DNA from: Chiloscyllium plagiosum
Lineage: Eukaryota
DNA length: 37,262 nucleotides
NCBI RefSeq assembly: GCF_004010195.1
Contig: NC_057749.1
Coordinates: 25,326,234-25,363,495, forward strand
Reading direction: 5' to 3'
Shown: positions 24,061-35,084 of the stretch, piece after piece
How positions within the stretch are numbered: the first letter of the stretch is position 1
Layout of the letters: each line of letters begins with the position of its first letter
Notes under the pieces: model-generated
Told to the model about the DNA's origin: nothing
The model's input: the letters and a program-made list of their open reading frames with translations, nothing else
Database searches by the model: none
Made by a program: the position numbers and the translations under genes

Positions 24061-24204
24061 GAGGCAAGAACACTATCTATTGAGACACAGCTATCACTTT
24101 CATAGGGACTAAGGAAGCAGCTCTTCCTTTTACCTGCTTCCCTTAAGTTACTTTTTTTGTCTTAGAGTACTTCTGAATTGAGAACAATGATAACTTACAA
24201 ATAT

Positions 24205-24748
24205 GTAAAAACTGAAAGAATTGTGGACGCTCGAAATCTGATACAGAAACAGAAATTGCTGGAAGAGCTCATCGGTGAAGAGAAATCAGAATTAACGTTT
24301 CGGGTTGAGTGACCCTTCCTCAGAAATGAGGGTAGGTAGGAAAATGTTGGTTTATATGCAGAAGGTAGGGTGGAGGGGAGGGGTAAGGAGTAAATGATGG
24401 TTGAGATAGAGCCCAAAGAGAGAGAAGAACAGTTGGACAGAAAAAGGAGTGGATCTGTCTGGGAGGGTAAATAGATGCTAATGGAGACAGTTAGTGGCTA
24501 ACAGCGGGTTGTGCGTAATGGTAGACTGCATGATAACAAGGCCTGGTGTGTGGGGGTTCGGGTAAGAACATGGGAGAGTTCAAGCCCTAAGGCTGTTGAA
24601 CTCGATAATGAAACCTGAAGGCTGCAGGGTCCCCAAAGTGGAAAATGAGGTGCTGTTCTTCCAGCTTACGCTGAGTTCGCTGGAGCACTGCAGCAAGCCT
24701 GAGGCAGGGATGATGGCCAAGGAACAGGATGGGGTGTTACAGTGGTAA
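24205..24748 (-). mobile_element. Penelope-like element 3' region (end of GIY-YIG domain plus terminus)
   Basis: Minus strand HCNTPSCSL...GLLQCSS...LEEQHLIF...LGTLQPSG-like (frameshifted); ctgaggaagggtcactcaacccgaaacgtta hammerhead-like motif. Confidence 0.75.
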
Positions 24749-24749
24749 G

Positions 24750-25210
24750 AGAAGATTCACTAGGATGGTGGGACTGTCTTAATGAAATGTCTCCTTGGAA
24801 CTCTGCTCACTGGGGTTTAGAAGGATAAGATGTGATCTCATTGAAACATATAAGATTCTGAAGGGGCTTGGCATGGTCAATACTGAGAGGATGTTTCTCC
24901 TAATGGGAGAGTCTAGGACCAAAGGACAAGGTCTCAGAATAAAGGGATTCCAATTTAAAACTGAGATATGAAGAAATTTCTTCTCTCAGAGGTTTGAGTG
25001 TCTTTGGAAATCCTTGCCAATGGACAGCCTTGAGGGCAGAGGTATGTTTAAGGCTGAGGTAAATTCTTGATCAGTCTGGGATTTAGGGTTAGAGGGGAAG
25101 GGCAAGAAAATAGACTTGTGAGATGTCCCATCAGCCATGCCCCTATTGAATGGTGGATCAGGCTTGAGGGACTGAATGGCCAACTCCTGTCCCTATTTCT
25201 TCTGGTGTTA
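24750..25210 (+). mobile_element. Older CR1 3' fragment
   Basis: gatctcattgaaacatataagattctgaagggg and aatttcttctctcagagg motifs. Confidence 0.8.
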
Positions 25211-25486
25211 TGCTTCACAGGAGCGTTACCAAACAAAATATAGTTTTGGAAGGACACGTGACCTGGTGGAAGCACTAATTGTTAAACGAAGGTGGAAGGG
25301 TTCAGGGAAGGAACTGTAGTGACTAGGGCTCAGGCAGCTGAAAACATGGCTGCCAAAAACATAGCTGCCATAGCAACGAAGAATAAAGAGAAACCCAAGG
25401 CCACATCACCACAGCAGCGCTCCGAAACTATCACTTCCAATTAAACCTGTTGGACTATAACCTGGTGTTGTGTGATTTTTAACTTG

Positions 25487-25986
25487 CTACAGGAAGGATA
25501 TCGTTAAACTTGAAAGGGCTCAGAAAAGACTCACAATGATGTTGCCAGGGTTGGAGGATTTGAGCGATAGAGAGAAGCTGAATAGGCTGGGGCTGTTTTC
25601 CCTGGAGCACTAGAGGCTGTGGGGTGACCTCATAAAGGTTTATACAATCATGAGGGGCATGGATAGAGTAAATAGACAAGGTCTTTTCCTTGGGATAAGG
25701 GAGTCCCAAACTAGAGGGCATAGATTTAAAGTGAGAGGGGAAAGGTTTAAAAGGGACCTAAGGGGCAACATTTTCATGCAGAGGGGGATACAGGTATGGA
25801 ATAAGTTGCCAGAGGAAGTGGTGGAGGCTGGCACAACTACAACATTTAAAAGGCATCTGAATGGGTATATGAATAGGAGGGGTTTAGAAGGATATGGGCC
25901 AAGTGCTGGCAAATTGGAATAGATTAATTTCGGGTATCTGATCAGCATGGACGAATTAGAACATTTCTGTGCTGTATATCTCTATG
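25487..25986 (+). mobile_element. CR1/HER1 LINE 3' end
   Basis: ORF 25650-25922 and 3' UTR. Confidence 0.92.
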
Positions 25987-26336
25987 AAGTCTCCACCAAA
26001 TCTCACCTTAACCTTCAAGGCCTCGCAGAAACAAAGTCGGCTTTTTGACCTCTTTACTTCCCCATCGACTCTCAGGATTTTGAATGACTTAAAGCAAAAC
26101 TTACAAATGCACTCAGTAAACCAGGCAAGCAAGACCCTGGCAGTCAGGCCCTGTATGAGAGCAGTGACACTGGGTGGCCAGGTCAGAGAGCAGATGCTTA
26201 GACAATACAACAAGCAAAGAGTAACGACAGCAAAAGCAGCAAAGTCCAGTTCAGATGACATGAATTATTAACATTTTTCTTTAAATAAAAAGGTCTAAAA
26301 CTGAGATGAACCCCCCCCAAAAAATGTCATACTCAC

Positions 26337-26364
26337 CTTTCGGTGCCATAGGTCCTGGGTTTCC
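26337..26364 (-). CDS. neil1: NEIL1 28-nt micro-exon, phase 0 to 1
   Basis: gattttag|GGAAACCCAGGACCTATGGCACCGAAAG|gtgagt; encodes GNPGPMAPK(G) vs human GDPGPLAPKG, directly continuing RTIWFQ. Confidence 0.95.
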
Positions 26365-27169
26365 CTAAAATCAACAGACAAAGATGTTGAAGTTTGTTAA
26401 AATACTGACAGGTTATTCAGCCCATCAAATCCTTACTGTTCCACACAAGTCATTTAGTTCAGATTCTTTCGCCGGATTGGGTATCATAAGACCACAAGGT
26501 ATACGAGCAGAAATTAGGCCATTCAGCCCATCGAGTCTGCTCCGCCATTCAATCATGGCTGAGGAGTTTCTTGACCTCATTCTCCCGCTTTCTCCCCGTG
26601 AACCTTGATCCCCTTAGTAATCTAGCTACCTCTGTCTTAAGGTGTCTCTGGCAAGGTTACCATCCATGGCCAAGCCTCATGATCCTGAAGGGATGGTTTG
26701 TTCAGCCACTTCAGTTAAGAGTTGCCCATGTTGCTGTAGATCTGAAGTCATATGTAGGCCAGACCAGGTAAGGATAGCAGATTTCCCTTGCTACTGGGCA
26801 TCACTGAACCAGACGGGTTTTACAACACTTGATGATAGTTATGATGATCTTGAAACTGAAAACTAGCTTTTAACTTCAGGTTAATTAATTGAACTCGAAA
26901 TCAAGTGAGCAAGCAAGCTCTCTCACCTCAATGTATTGGTTGAAAAATCCATGACTAGATTCTCTACTAATATCAACTGGAAGCCTATGTTTAATAGTCA
27001 ATACACAATGGGCATTCCTACAGTCCCACACACTAGCAGATTGATCTTATCGGCAATTTCATGAATAGTGCCTCATCCTCTGCTCACCGTCGAGATATTT
27101 TCTATTCACAGTCTATGTTCAGAGACAGTAGTGTGCCGTAAAAATTGGTGCTGGGTTCACTGTTGTTTC

Positions 27170-28700
27170 TCATTTATATAAATAATTTTGGATGAGAAAT
27201 ATAGGAGGCATAGTAAGTTTGCGGATGACACCAAAATTGGTGGTACAGTGGTCAGTAAAGAAGTGATCAACTGGGCTAGTGGGCTGAGTAACGGCAGGTG
27301 GGAGTTTAATACAGATAAATGCGAGTTGTCGCATTTTGGTAAGACAAACCCGAGCAGGACTTATACAGTTAATGATAGGGCCCTGGGGAGTGTTATTCAA
27401 CAGAGAGACCCAGAGATGCAGGTACAAAGTTCCTTGAAAGTGGCATCACAGGTAAACAAGGTGGTGAAGAAGGTATTTAGCACGCTTGCCTTCATCGGTA
27501 AGGGCACTGAGTATAGGAGTCGGGATGTCACATTACAGCCGTACAAGACATTGGTAAGGGCACATTTGGAGTACTGCATACATCTCGGATTGCCCTGCTT
27601 TAAGAAGTATGTTATTAAACTGATTTGGAGGTGTCAGTGTTGGACTGGGGTTAAAAATCTCACAACACCAAGGTTATAGGAGAAAGTGAGGACTGCAGAT
27701 GCTGGAGATCAGAGCTTAAAATTGTTGCTGGAAAAGCGCAGGTCAGGCAGTATCAAAGGAACAGGAGAATCGACGTTTCGGGCATATTTTCTTCAGGAAT
27801 ATGCCCGAAACGTCGATTCTCCTGTTCCTTTGATGCGGCCTGACCTGCTGCGCTGTTCCAGCAACACATTTTTAATCACCACGGTTATAGTCCAACTATA
27901 GCTGATGCTTCCAAATAAACTGTTGGAATTTATCCCTGGTGTTGCGTGATTTTTTTTTAAACGTTATTAAATTGGAAAGAGTGCAAAAAACGATTCACAA
28001 GTATGTTACTGAGAATTGAGGATTTGAGTTATAAGGAGCGGCTGGGAATTTTTTATCCTACCATGTAGGAAGTTGCAGGGTAACGTTATACAATCGACAG
28101 TCATGGATAAGGTGGATGGTCTTTTCCCAAGGGTAAGGCAGTCCAAAACTAGGGGGCATAGGTTTAAAGTGGGAGGGGAAAGATTTAAAATTGTTGTGAT
28201 TCTGTTTGCCGAGCTGGGAATTTGTGTTGCAGACGTTTTGTCCCCTGTCTAGGTGACATCCTCAGTGCTTGGGAGCCTCCTGTGAAGCGCTTCTGTGATC
28301 TTTCCTCCGGCATTTGTAGTGGTTTGTCTCTGCCGCTTCCGGTTGTCGGTTCCAGCTGTCCGCTGCAGTGGCCGGTATATTGGGTCCAGGTCGATGTGCT
28401 TGTTTGAATCAGTGGATGAGTGCCTAGAGGCACAAACTTTGAGATTTAAAATTGACCTGAGGGGCAACTTTTTCACGCGGAGAGTGGAGCATGTATGAAA
28501 CACACTGCCAGAGGAAGTGGGAGAGGCGAGTATAATTACAATATTTAAAAGACATTTGGACAGGTACATGGATAGGAAACGTTTAGAGGATATGGACCAA
28601 ACACAGGCAAATGGGACTAGCTCAGTTTAGGAAACTTGGTCAGCATTGACAGGTTGGGCCGAAGGGCCTGTTTCTGTCCTGTGTACCTTTATGATTATGT
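27170..28700 (+). mobile_element. CR1/HER1 LINE carrying nested PLE-derived insertions
   Basis: SKFADDTKIGG RT motif (ORF 27188-27679); CR1 sequence resumes at about 27963 and 28455. Confidence 0.92.
28194..28441 (-). mobile_element. Penelope-like element 3' fragment with 13-bp target-site duplication
   Basis: Encodes HSSTDSNKHIDLDPIYRPL (PLE ORF end); agatttaaaattg at 28181-28193 and 28442-28454. Confidence 0.85.
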
Positions 28701-29242
28701 AGCTGCACACCTTGGGAGCAAGTGGAATCTGAACCCAGGTCTACTGGTTCAGAGATATGGACGCTATGACTGCATCTCAAAAGCCCCTGACTTCTGACAG
28801 ATACTAACGTAGGGGGGTACTCTGCTGGGGGGTAATAGTTACCCCAATTAAAGCAATTTCCGCCTGCTGCTGTAGTGGGATTTGAATCCCTGCCTCCAGA
28901 GCATTCACTTCTGCCTCTGGTTTACCAGTTCAGTGACATTACCACCATCTCCCCTATTAGCGACTCGTCCCACTCGTTAGCCTCTGTCCCTTATCCTATT
29001 GGATGTCCATCTTTCCAAGTGGCCCAGTTCATTCCCTATGAAGACAATACTGAGCAGGCTCCCTGGACAGTCAATATACCTCTCCAGCAACATCGTTAGT
29101 GTCAAACCAAAAGAAAGGAGGTCTGGACACAACACAGGTGATGGAATTGTCTCCATTGGCAGAAGCGTTAAAGTGATTAGCAAAAGGTGACATGAGGAAG
29201 AACATTTAATTCTTTTAAAAATGTAGCCAGTAGATGGATCTC

Positions 29243-29530
29243 AGAATCCCTACAATGTGGAAGCAGACAATTTGGCCCGTTGTATCCACTCCAACCCGCT
29301 GAATCCCAGCCACACCCTACCCTATCCCATGTAACCTTTGATTTCCACCTAACCTACACATCACAGGACACTATGGGACAAATCAGCATGGCCATTCCGC
29401 CCTAACCTGTACATCTTTGGACTGTGGGAGGAAACCAACGCAGACACGGGGAGAATGTGCCACACAGAGGCTGGAATCAAACCTGGCGCTGTGAGGCAGC
29501 AGTGCTAGCCACTGACCCACCGCACCACCC
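29243..29530 (-). mobile_element. HE1-type V-SINE, degenerate
   Basis: catctttggactgtgggaggaaacc...gtgaggcagcagtgcta. Confidence 0.85.
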
Positions 29531-29884
29531 ACAACCACAGCAACACAAACACTGAGTTTACGCAGTGGAAGCAGCTTCTATAATCACTCCCACATGAGAA
29601 TTAACTGGATAAGGAGAACAATTGCACGACCACAGCAAAAGTATGGGTAAATGGGGCTAAATGCACTGCTCTTGCAGAGGGCCACTACAGACATGATGGC
29701 TTGAATGGCTACCCTTTGTCTTCTAATCAAATTACAAATAGCGAGTCACCTCTTGGCCCTCGTGTGACTGTCTTCTTCGGTACAGAGGTATCTGAGCCAC
29801 ACAAGATGATTGGATCTAGTAGCTCTCTCTGGTTCTGATGCCTCTCCACCATATGGGCACCCACCTGAAGGGGGAGCTACCTCT

Positions 29885-30285
29885 GTCACTCCGTGGTTGG
29901 CACTCCCGGCCTCCGGGTCATGTCTCCGAGGCCTGGTCCAGGAATGTTGGCCCGTGACAGAGGCCGGGTGTAGTGCCGAGGGAGCACTGCACTGTTGGAG
30001 GTGCCATCTTTCAGAAGCCCACATTAAACCGAGACCAAGCCTGCTGCTGTCAGGTGAGTTTTTTTAAGAAAAGCCATAGGGTGATATTTTGAAGACAACT
30101 GGGGTTAAATCACCCAGTGCCAAGGTCACAATCATCCTTCACTCAGCTCCATAGCAGGAGGTCCACCCAGTTGTCACCACGCTGTTTGTTGGATCTTGCT
30201 GTGCACAAACTGGCTGCCGTGTTTCCGAGATTATTCAAGTGATTACACCTCAAAGAAGTATTTAATTTCTTGCTATGCTAGTAAT
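29885..30285 (+). mobile_element. Deu-domain SINE; its 3' tip probably resumes at about 31328-31367
   Basis: gagggagcactgcactgttggaggtgccatctttcag...ttgctgtgcacaaactggctgccgtgtttcc. Confidence 0.75.
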
Positions 30286-30289
30286 TGCT

Positions 30290-30990
30290 GCTTGATTTGC
30301 ATCACATCCACCCCCTCCACCACCAATATGTGCACTATCTACAAGATGAACTGCAGAAATTCACCAAAGATCCCTCAGACAGCACCTTCCAAACCCAAGA
30401 TCATTTTGACTTGATTTATTACAGTCACCGAGGTATGGTGAAGAATGTTGTCTTACATGCTTTACAGGCAGATTGTACTAAACAAGTGCTTCAGGGTAAA
30501 GGTACAGAGTGCAAGACACCATTTTACAGCTGCTGAGAAGTTGCAGAGAGAGATCAACATTAATGTTAAAGAGATCCACTCAAAGGTTTGATAACAGCAG
30601 TGAAGAAGCTGCTCTTAAATCTCTTTGCACCTGTATAAAAACTGTTATACCTTCGATATCTTTGAAATCTTCCATCTAGAAGGGCAAGGGCAGCAGATAC
30701 ACGGGAACACCACCAGTTGCAAGTTCCCCTCCAAGCCACTCACAGGCCTGACTTGGAAATAGTTCTGATGAAGGGTCGCTGGACTCAAAACGTTAACTCC
30801 CTGACTTTGAAATACCCCGCTTTCCTTCACTGTCGCTGGGTCAAAATCCTGGAACTCCTTCCCTCAGGGCATTGTGTGTCTACCTCCAGCACAGCAGTTG
30901 CAGAAGCCAACTTACCGCCCACCCTCACAAGGGCGACTGGGCATGGGCAATAAAAGCTGGCCCAGTCAGTGATGCCCATGCCCCATCTAG
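30290..30990 (+). mobile_element. LINE-B 3' end interrupted by a Rex1-like tail (about 30403-30645, minus) and a short PLE terminus
   Basis: CTIYKMNCRNSPKI motif; tail gggcatgggcaataaaagctggcccag. Confidence 0.7.
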
Positions 30991-31004
30991 GAATTTGATT
31001 GTAT

Positions 31005-31327
31005 GTTGTCTTTTCCCTAACATGGGGAATTCCAAGGCTTGGGAGTACATTTTTAAGGTGAGAGGAGAGAGATTTAACAAAGACATATGAGGCTTTTTTT
31101 TTTTAACACAGATGCTGGTTCGAGTGTAAAATGAACTTGCTGAGGAAGTGGTGGATGTGGGTACAGTTACAACATTTAAAAGACATTTAGATAAGTACAT
31201 GAAGAGGAAAGGTTTGGAGGGATATGGACCAGGAGCAGGCAGATGGGACTAGTTTGGGATTATGTTCAGCATGCACTGGTTGGACCAAAGAGTCTGTTTC
31301 CATGCTGTTTGACTCTATGCCTCTATG
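31005..31327 (+). mobile_element. CR1/HER1 LINE 3' end
   Basis: CR1 3' consensus with gactctatg tail. Confidence 0.85.
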
Positions 31328-31537
31328 AAACATCCTGAGATTGTGGCAGGCGCTATATAAAAGCACTTTATTAAACTGGACACACAGAACGGATCAGACA
31401 CAGGCTGTGTGTCTTTTCACCATACCTCGGTACATGTCGGTAATAAATCAAATCAAAATGACCTTGGGTTTGGAAGCTGCTGTCTGAGGATCTTTGGTGA
31501 ATTTCTGCAGTGCACCTTGTACATAGTACACACTGTT

Positions 31538-32508
31538 TCTGGATTAGTGGTGCTGGAAGAGCACAGCAGTTCAGGCAGCATCCGAGGAGCAGTAAAATCA
31601 ACGTTTCGGGCAAAAGCCCTTCATCAGGAATACAGGCAGAGAGCCTGAAGGGTGGAGAGACAAATGAGAGGAGGGTGGGGGTGGGGGTGGGAGTGGGGAG
31701 AAAGTAGCATAGANNNNNNNNNNNNNNNNNNNNNNNNNNNNNNNNNNNNNNNNNNNNNNNNNNNNNNNNNNNNNNNNNNNNNNNNNNNNNNNNNNNNNNN
31801 NNNNNNNNNNNNNNNNNNNNNNNNNNNNNNNNNNNNNNNNNNNNNNNNNNNNNNNNNNNNNNNNNNNNNNNNNNNNNNNNNNNNNNNNNNNNNNNNNNNN
31901 NNNNNNNNNNNNNNNNNNNNNNNNNNNNNNNNNNNNNNNNNNNNNNNNNNNNNNNNNNNNNNNNNNNNNNNNNNNNNNNNNNNNNNNNNNNNNNNNNNNN
32001 NNNNNNNNNNNNNNNNNNNNNNNNNNNNNNNNNNNNNNNNNNNNNNNNNNNNNNNNNNNNNNNNNNNNNNNNNNNNNNNNNNNNNNNNNNNNNNNNNNNN
32101 NNNNNNNNNNNNNNNNNNNNNNNNNNNNNNNNNNNNNNNNNNNNNNNNNNNNNNNNNNNNNNNNNNNNNNNNNNNNNNNNNNNNNNNNNNNNNNNNNNNN
32201 NNNNNNNNNNNNNNNNNNNNNNNNNNNNNNNNNNNNNNNNNNNNNNNNNNNNNNNNNGCACCAGGGGCGTTCTGTCCTTGTTGCGGTTGGAGGGGTGGGG
32301 TCTGAGGGCGGAGGTGCGGGATGTGGACGAGATGAGTTGGAGGACATCTTTAACCATGTGGGAAGGGAAATTGCAGTCTCTAAAGAAGGAGGCCATCTGG
32401 CAAGTTCTGTGGTGGAACTGGTCCTCCTGGGAGCAGATACGGCGGAGGTGGAGGAATTGGGAATACGGAATGGCATTTTTGAAGGAGGTAGGGTGGGAAG
32501 AGGTGTAA
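31538..32508 (-). mobile_element. Penelope-like retroelement spanning the assembly gap
   Basis: Minus strand YTSSHPTSFKNAIPYSQFLHLRRICSQEDQFHHRTCQMASFFRD...RTPLV (PLE RT thumb, 'IPYSQFLRLRRICS' type) and terminus at 31538-31630. Confidence 0.88.
31714..32257. other. Assembly gap (544 N)
   Basis: Run of N. Confidence 1.
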
Positions 32509-33454
32509 TCCTGCTGCTACTGAGCGTCGGTGGAGGAGGGAATGGATTTATTTACCGAGAGAGAGATATTGCTCGCTGCGTTGGTATTATTAAAACATTC
32601 CGATGGGATTGAGTGATGTCAGCTAGATCGGATCCGAGAGGGGTCAGCGACTGGGGGGTCAGGCAGAACGTGCTCACAATGATACCTTGCACTGTTGAGC
32701 TCAGTTCCCTGGCACCACAATGGCTGGGCTGCAGGCCGACTGCTCGAGGGGGCACTCTGATGAAATCCCAGAGGTTCGGATCTGACCTCGAGGATGTGCC
32801 AGTGAGTTTATCGGAGATGCAACCCACTGCGGTCGATAGACAAATGCAGGAATTGGAATGAGCACAGAGTTCTCAGAGTGTGGCGTTTCACTGTGGGTTG
32901 CAGTTACAGAGGTACGGTGCAGAGGGAAAGGTCACAGAGGGAGTCGAACGCACGAATGTGAATATTAAACCTCAGGCAATGCCAGGCAATCCCAGTCAGC
33001 ACAAGGTAAACGGGTGGCAGACAACTTAACCTGCACACGCTTGCAAGCCTCAGAAAGTTTACCCAACAAGGGCATTCTGCCCCTGGAAATCAACTGTTAA
33101 ATAATCCACACTGTGCTCAGAGTTACATCACGCCTTGAATTGGTCTCCCAGTGTGATGCACATGCATAGGATCCGGTTCTGCTAAGGCAAAAGGAATTTG
33201 GACGTACACTGCACTTCAGAAAAAAAGAACCGCAGAAACAGCCAGTCTCTGCCTTGCCCCCATGGCAACACCCTGACCAATCCAAATCTGCGTCACAATT
33301 CGGATTGACAGTTAACTGTTCTTGATACGTCGCCAGCCAATGGTGGCCTGGCCAATCAGCATCTTCTTCCCAGGCTGTATCAGATGTTGTCCCTGGCAAC
33401 CCAGTCCTGACCAGCGGCAGATGAATGTTCACCTTCTTCTCTCGTCTCAGCAAT

Positions 33455-33585
33455 GCAACCAATCTGGCCATTGCTGTCCGTGGGAGCTTGCTGTGCACAA
33501 TTTAGCTACTACTTGGGCATCTGAAGAAGTTCTTCCCTGGGTCTAAGCACTTTGGGATGCCAGCAGGTGCTATACGAATGGAAGT
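33455..33585 (+). mobile_element. Deu-SINE 3' fragment
   Basis: cattgctgtccgtgggagcttgctgtgcacaa...aagcactttgggatg. Confidence 0.6.
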
Positions 33586-33813
33586 ATTCACAGAATGAAT
33601 CGTCACTTGGTAGCACAGACATGTGCTGAGACATGATGTCAGTGCAACTCATGTGAGTGATTTGGTATTCTTGCAATTCAGTCCTGATGATACCAAGATG
33701 AAAGTCTGTATCTTACAGAACGAAAGCATAAGCAGGAAAGCTGCAGTATCAGCTGTAGTTAGGTATAATGCACATTCACTTACTGACAGATCTTGCACAG
33801 GAGTGTTCTGTAG

Positions 33814-34130
33814 TGTTATGACACAGCGGTTAACTCCACTGTTAATTAAACCAAACACCCAAAAAAGCTCACTTCACCTCGTATTCTGTTAAAATATGAG
33901 TGCCAGAGAACTCCCAAATTCTACTATTTAAAGAAAATAATATCAATGTATTCTTTAATTCTAAAGGTAAACATTAAACAATTATTCACAGCTCTAAGCC
34001 CCCCCCTTTCTCTTAACTGCTGATTACCTCCCTCCAACTCTATAACAATATGCTGTTCCAATAAAACACTTATTACAATTACATCAACTTAATTTCAAAA
34101 TCACACAGCTGCTGTCATCTTTGGTATTGG
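33814..34130 (-). mobile_element. Truncated LTR-like fragment related to the 35439-35854 LTR, opposite orientation
   Basis: Begins tgttatgacacagcggttaactcc, resembling the reverse complement of the solo LTR's right end. Confidence 0.45.
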
Positions 34131-34184
34131 CTTTAGGAAGGGGGGGGGGGGGAAGATTTTGATTCAACAACACCAATGGGGCAG

Positions 34185-34935
34185 AGTACAGAAAAGAGTT
34201 AGACACCTTAGTGGCATGGTGTCAAGACACTAATCCCTTCCTTGAGGTCAGTAAAGCAAAGGAGCTGGCCATCACCTTCAGGAAGTGGAGTGAAGGACAT
34301 GCCCTCTGTCTGTATCAATGGGGCTGAGGTGGAGGTGGTTGAAAGCTTCAAGTTCCTGGGAGTAAACACCATCAACAATTTGTCCTGGTCCATTCATGTC
34401 AATGCCACAGTCAAGAATGCACACCAATGCCTCTACTTCCTCAGGGGGCTAAGGAAATTCAGCATGTCCACAATGACTGACCAATTTTATAGATGTACCA
34501 TAAAAGCATCCTATCTGGATGCATCACAGCTTGGTTTGGCAACTGCTCTTCACAAGACCAGAAGAAACGACAGAGAATTGTGAACACAGCCCAGTCTATC
34601 ACGCAAACCAATCTTCCATCCATTGACTCCATCTACACTTCCCACTGCTTCAGGAAGGTAGCCAACATTGTCAAAGACCCCTCCCACTCCAGTTGGAAAC
34701 AAGCGTCAACAAATTTAAGAGCAGCTTCTTCCCTGCTGTTATCAGACTTAAAATGGATCTCTCATACATTAGAGTTGATCTTTTTCTAGCATCTTCTCTG
34801 TAGCAGTAACACTATATTCTGCATTCTGTTCTATTACCCTGATGGACTCATGTAAGGTATAATTTGTCTGGAAAGCCATAGAACAATACTTTTCACTGTG
34901 TCTTGGTACATGTGACAATATTAAATCAGATCAAA
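34185..34935 (+). mobile_element. Rex1/Babar-like LINE 3' end
   Basis: INGAEVEVVESFKFLGV...LSWSIH...LYFLR and SILSGCITAWFGNCS motifs; gtgacaata...aaatca tail. Confidence 0.88.
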
Positions 34936-34959
34936 CCACTGTAAAGCTGCTCTGATTAC

Positions 34960-35084
34960 CTGGAACCAAATGGTTCTTCCATTACTGTCACGTAGCGACT
35001 GCATTCCATCGACATTGTAGCAACGGAGCCAGTCTTCAAAGGCAGAGGATTCACCCACATGCTCGGGATCATAGCCCTTGCCAT
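34960..35084 (-). CDS. neil1: NEIL1 coding exon, equivalent to human exon 6 (lesion-recognition loop and zincless finger); 125 nt, phase 1 to 0
   Basis: ctgcag|AT GGC AAG...TTC CAG|gtaatc; encodes (D)GKGYDPEHVGESSAFEDWLRCYNVDGMQSLRDSNGRTIWFQ vs human GGKGYGSESGEEDFAAFRAWLRCYGMPGMSSLQDRHGRTIWFQ. Confidence 0.97.

Noticed and set aside
26337..26364. GNPGPM.. looks like a collagen Gly-X-Y exon
   Set aside because: It is 28 nt, breaks the triplet pattern (MAPK) and matches NEIL1 GDPGPLAPKG.
31371..32476. Longest ORFs in the track (217-341 aa)
   Set aside because: Artefacts of translating through the N gap.
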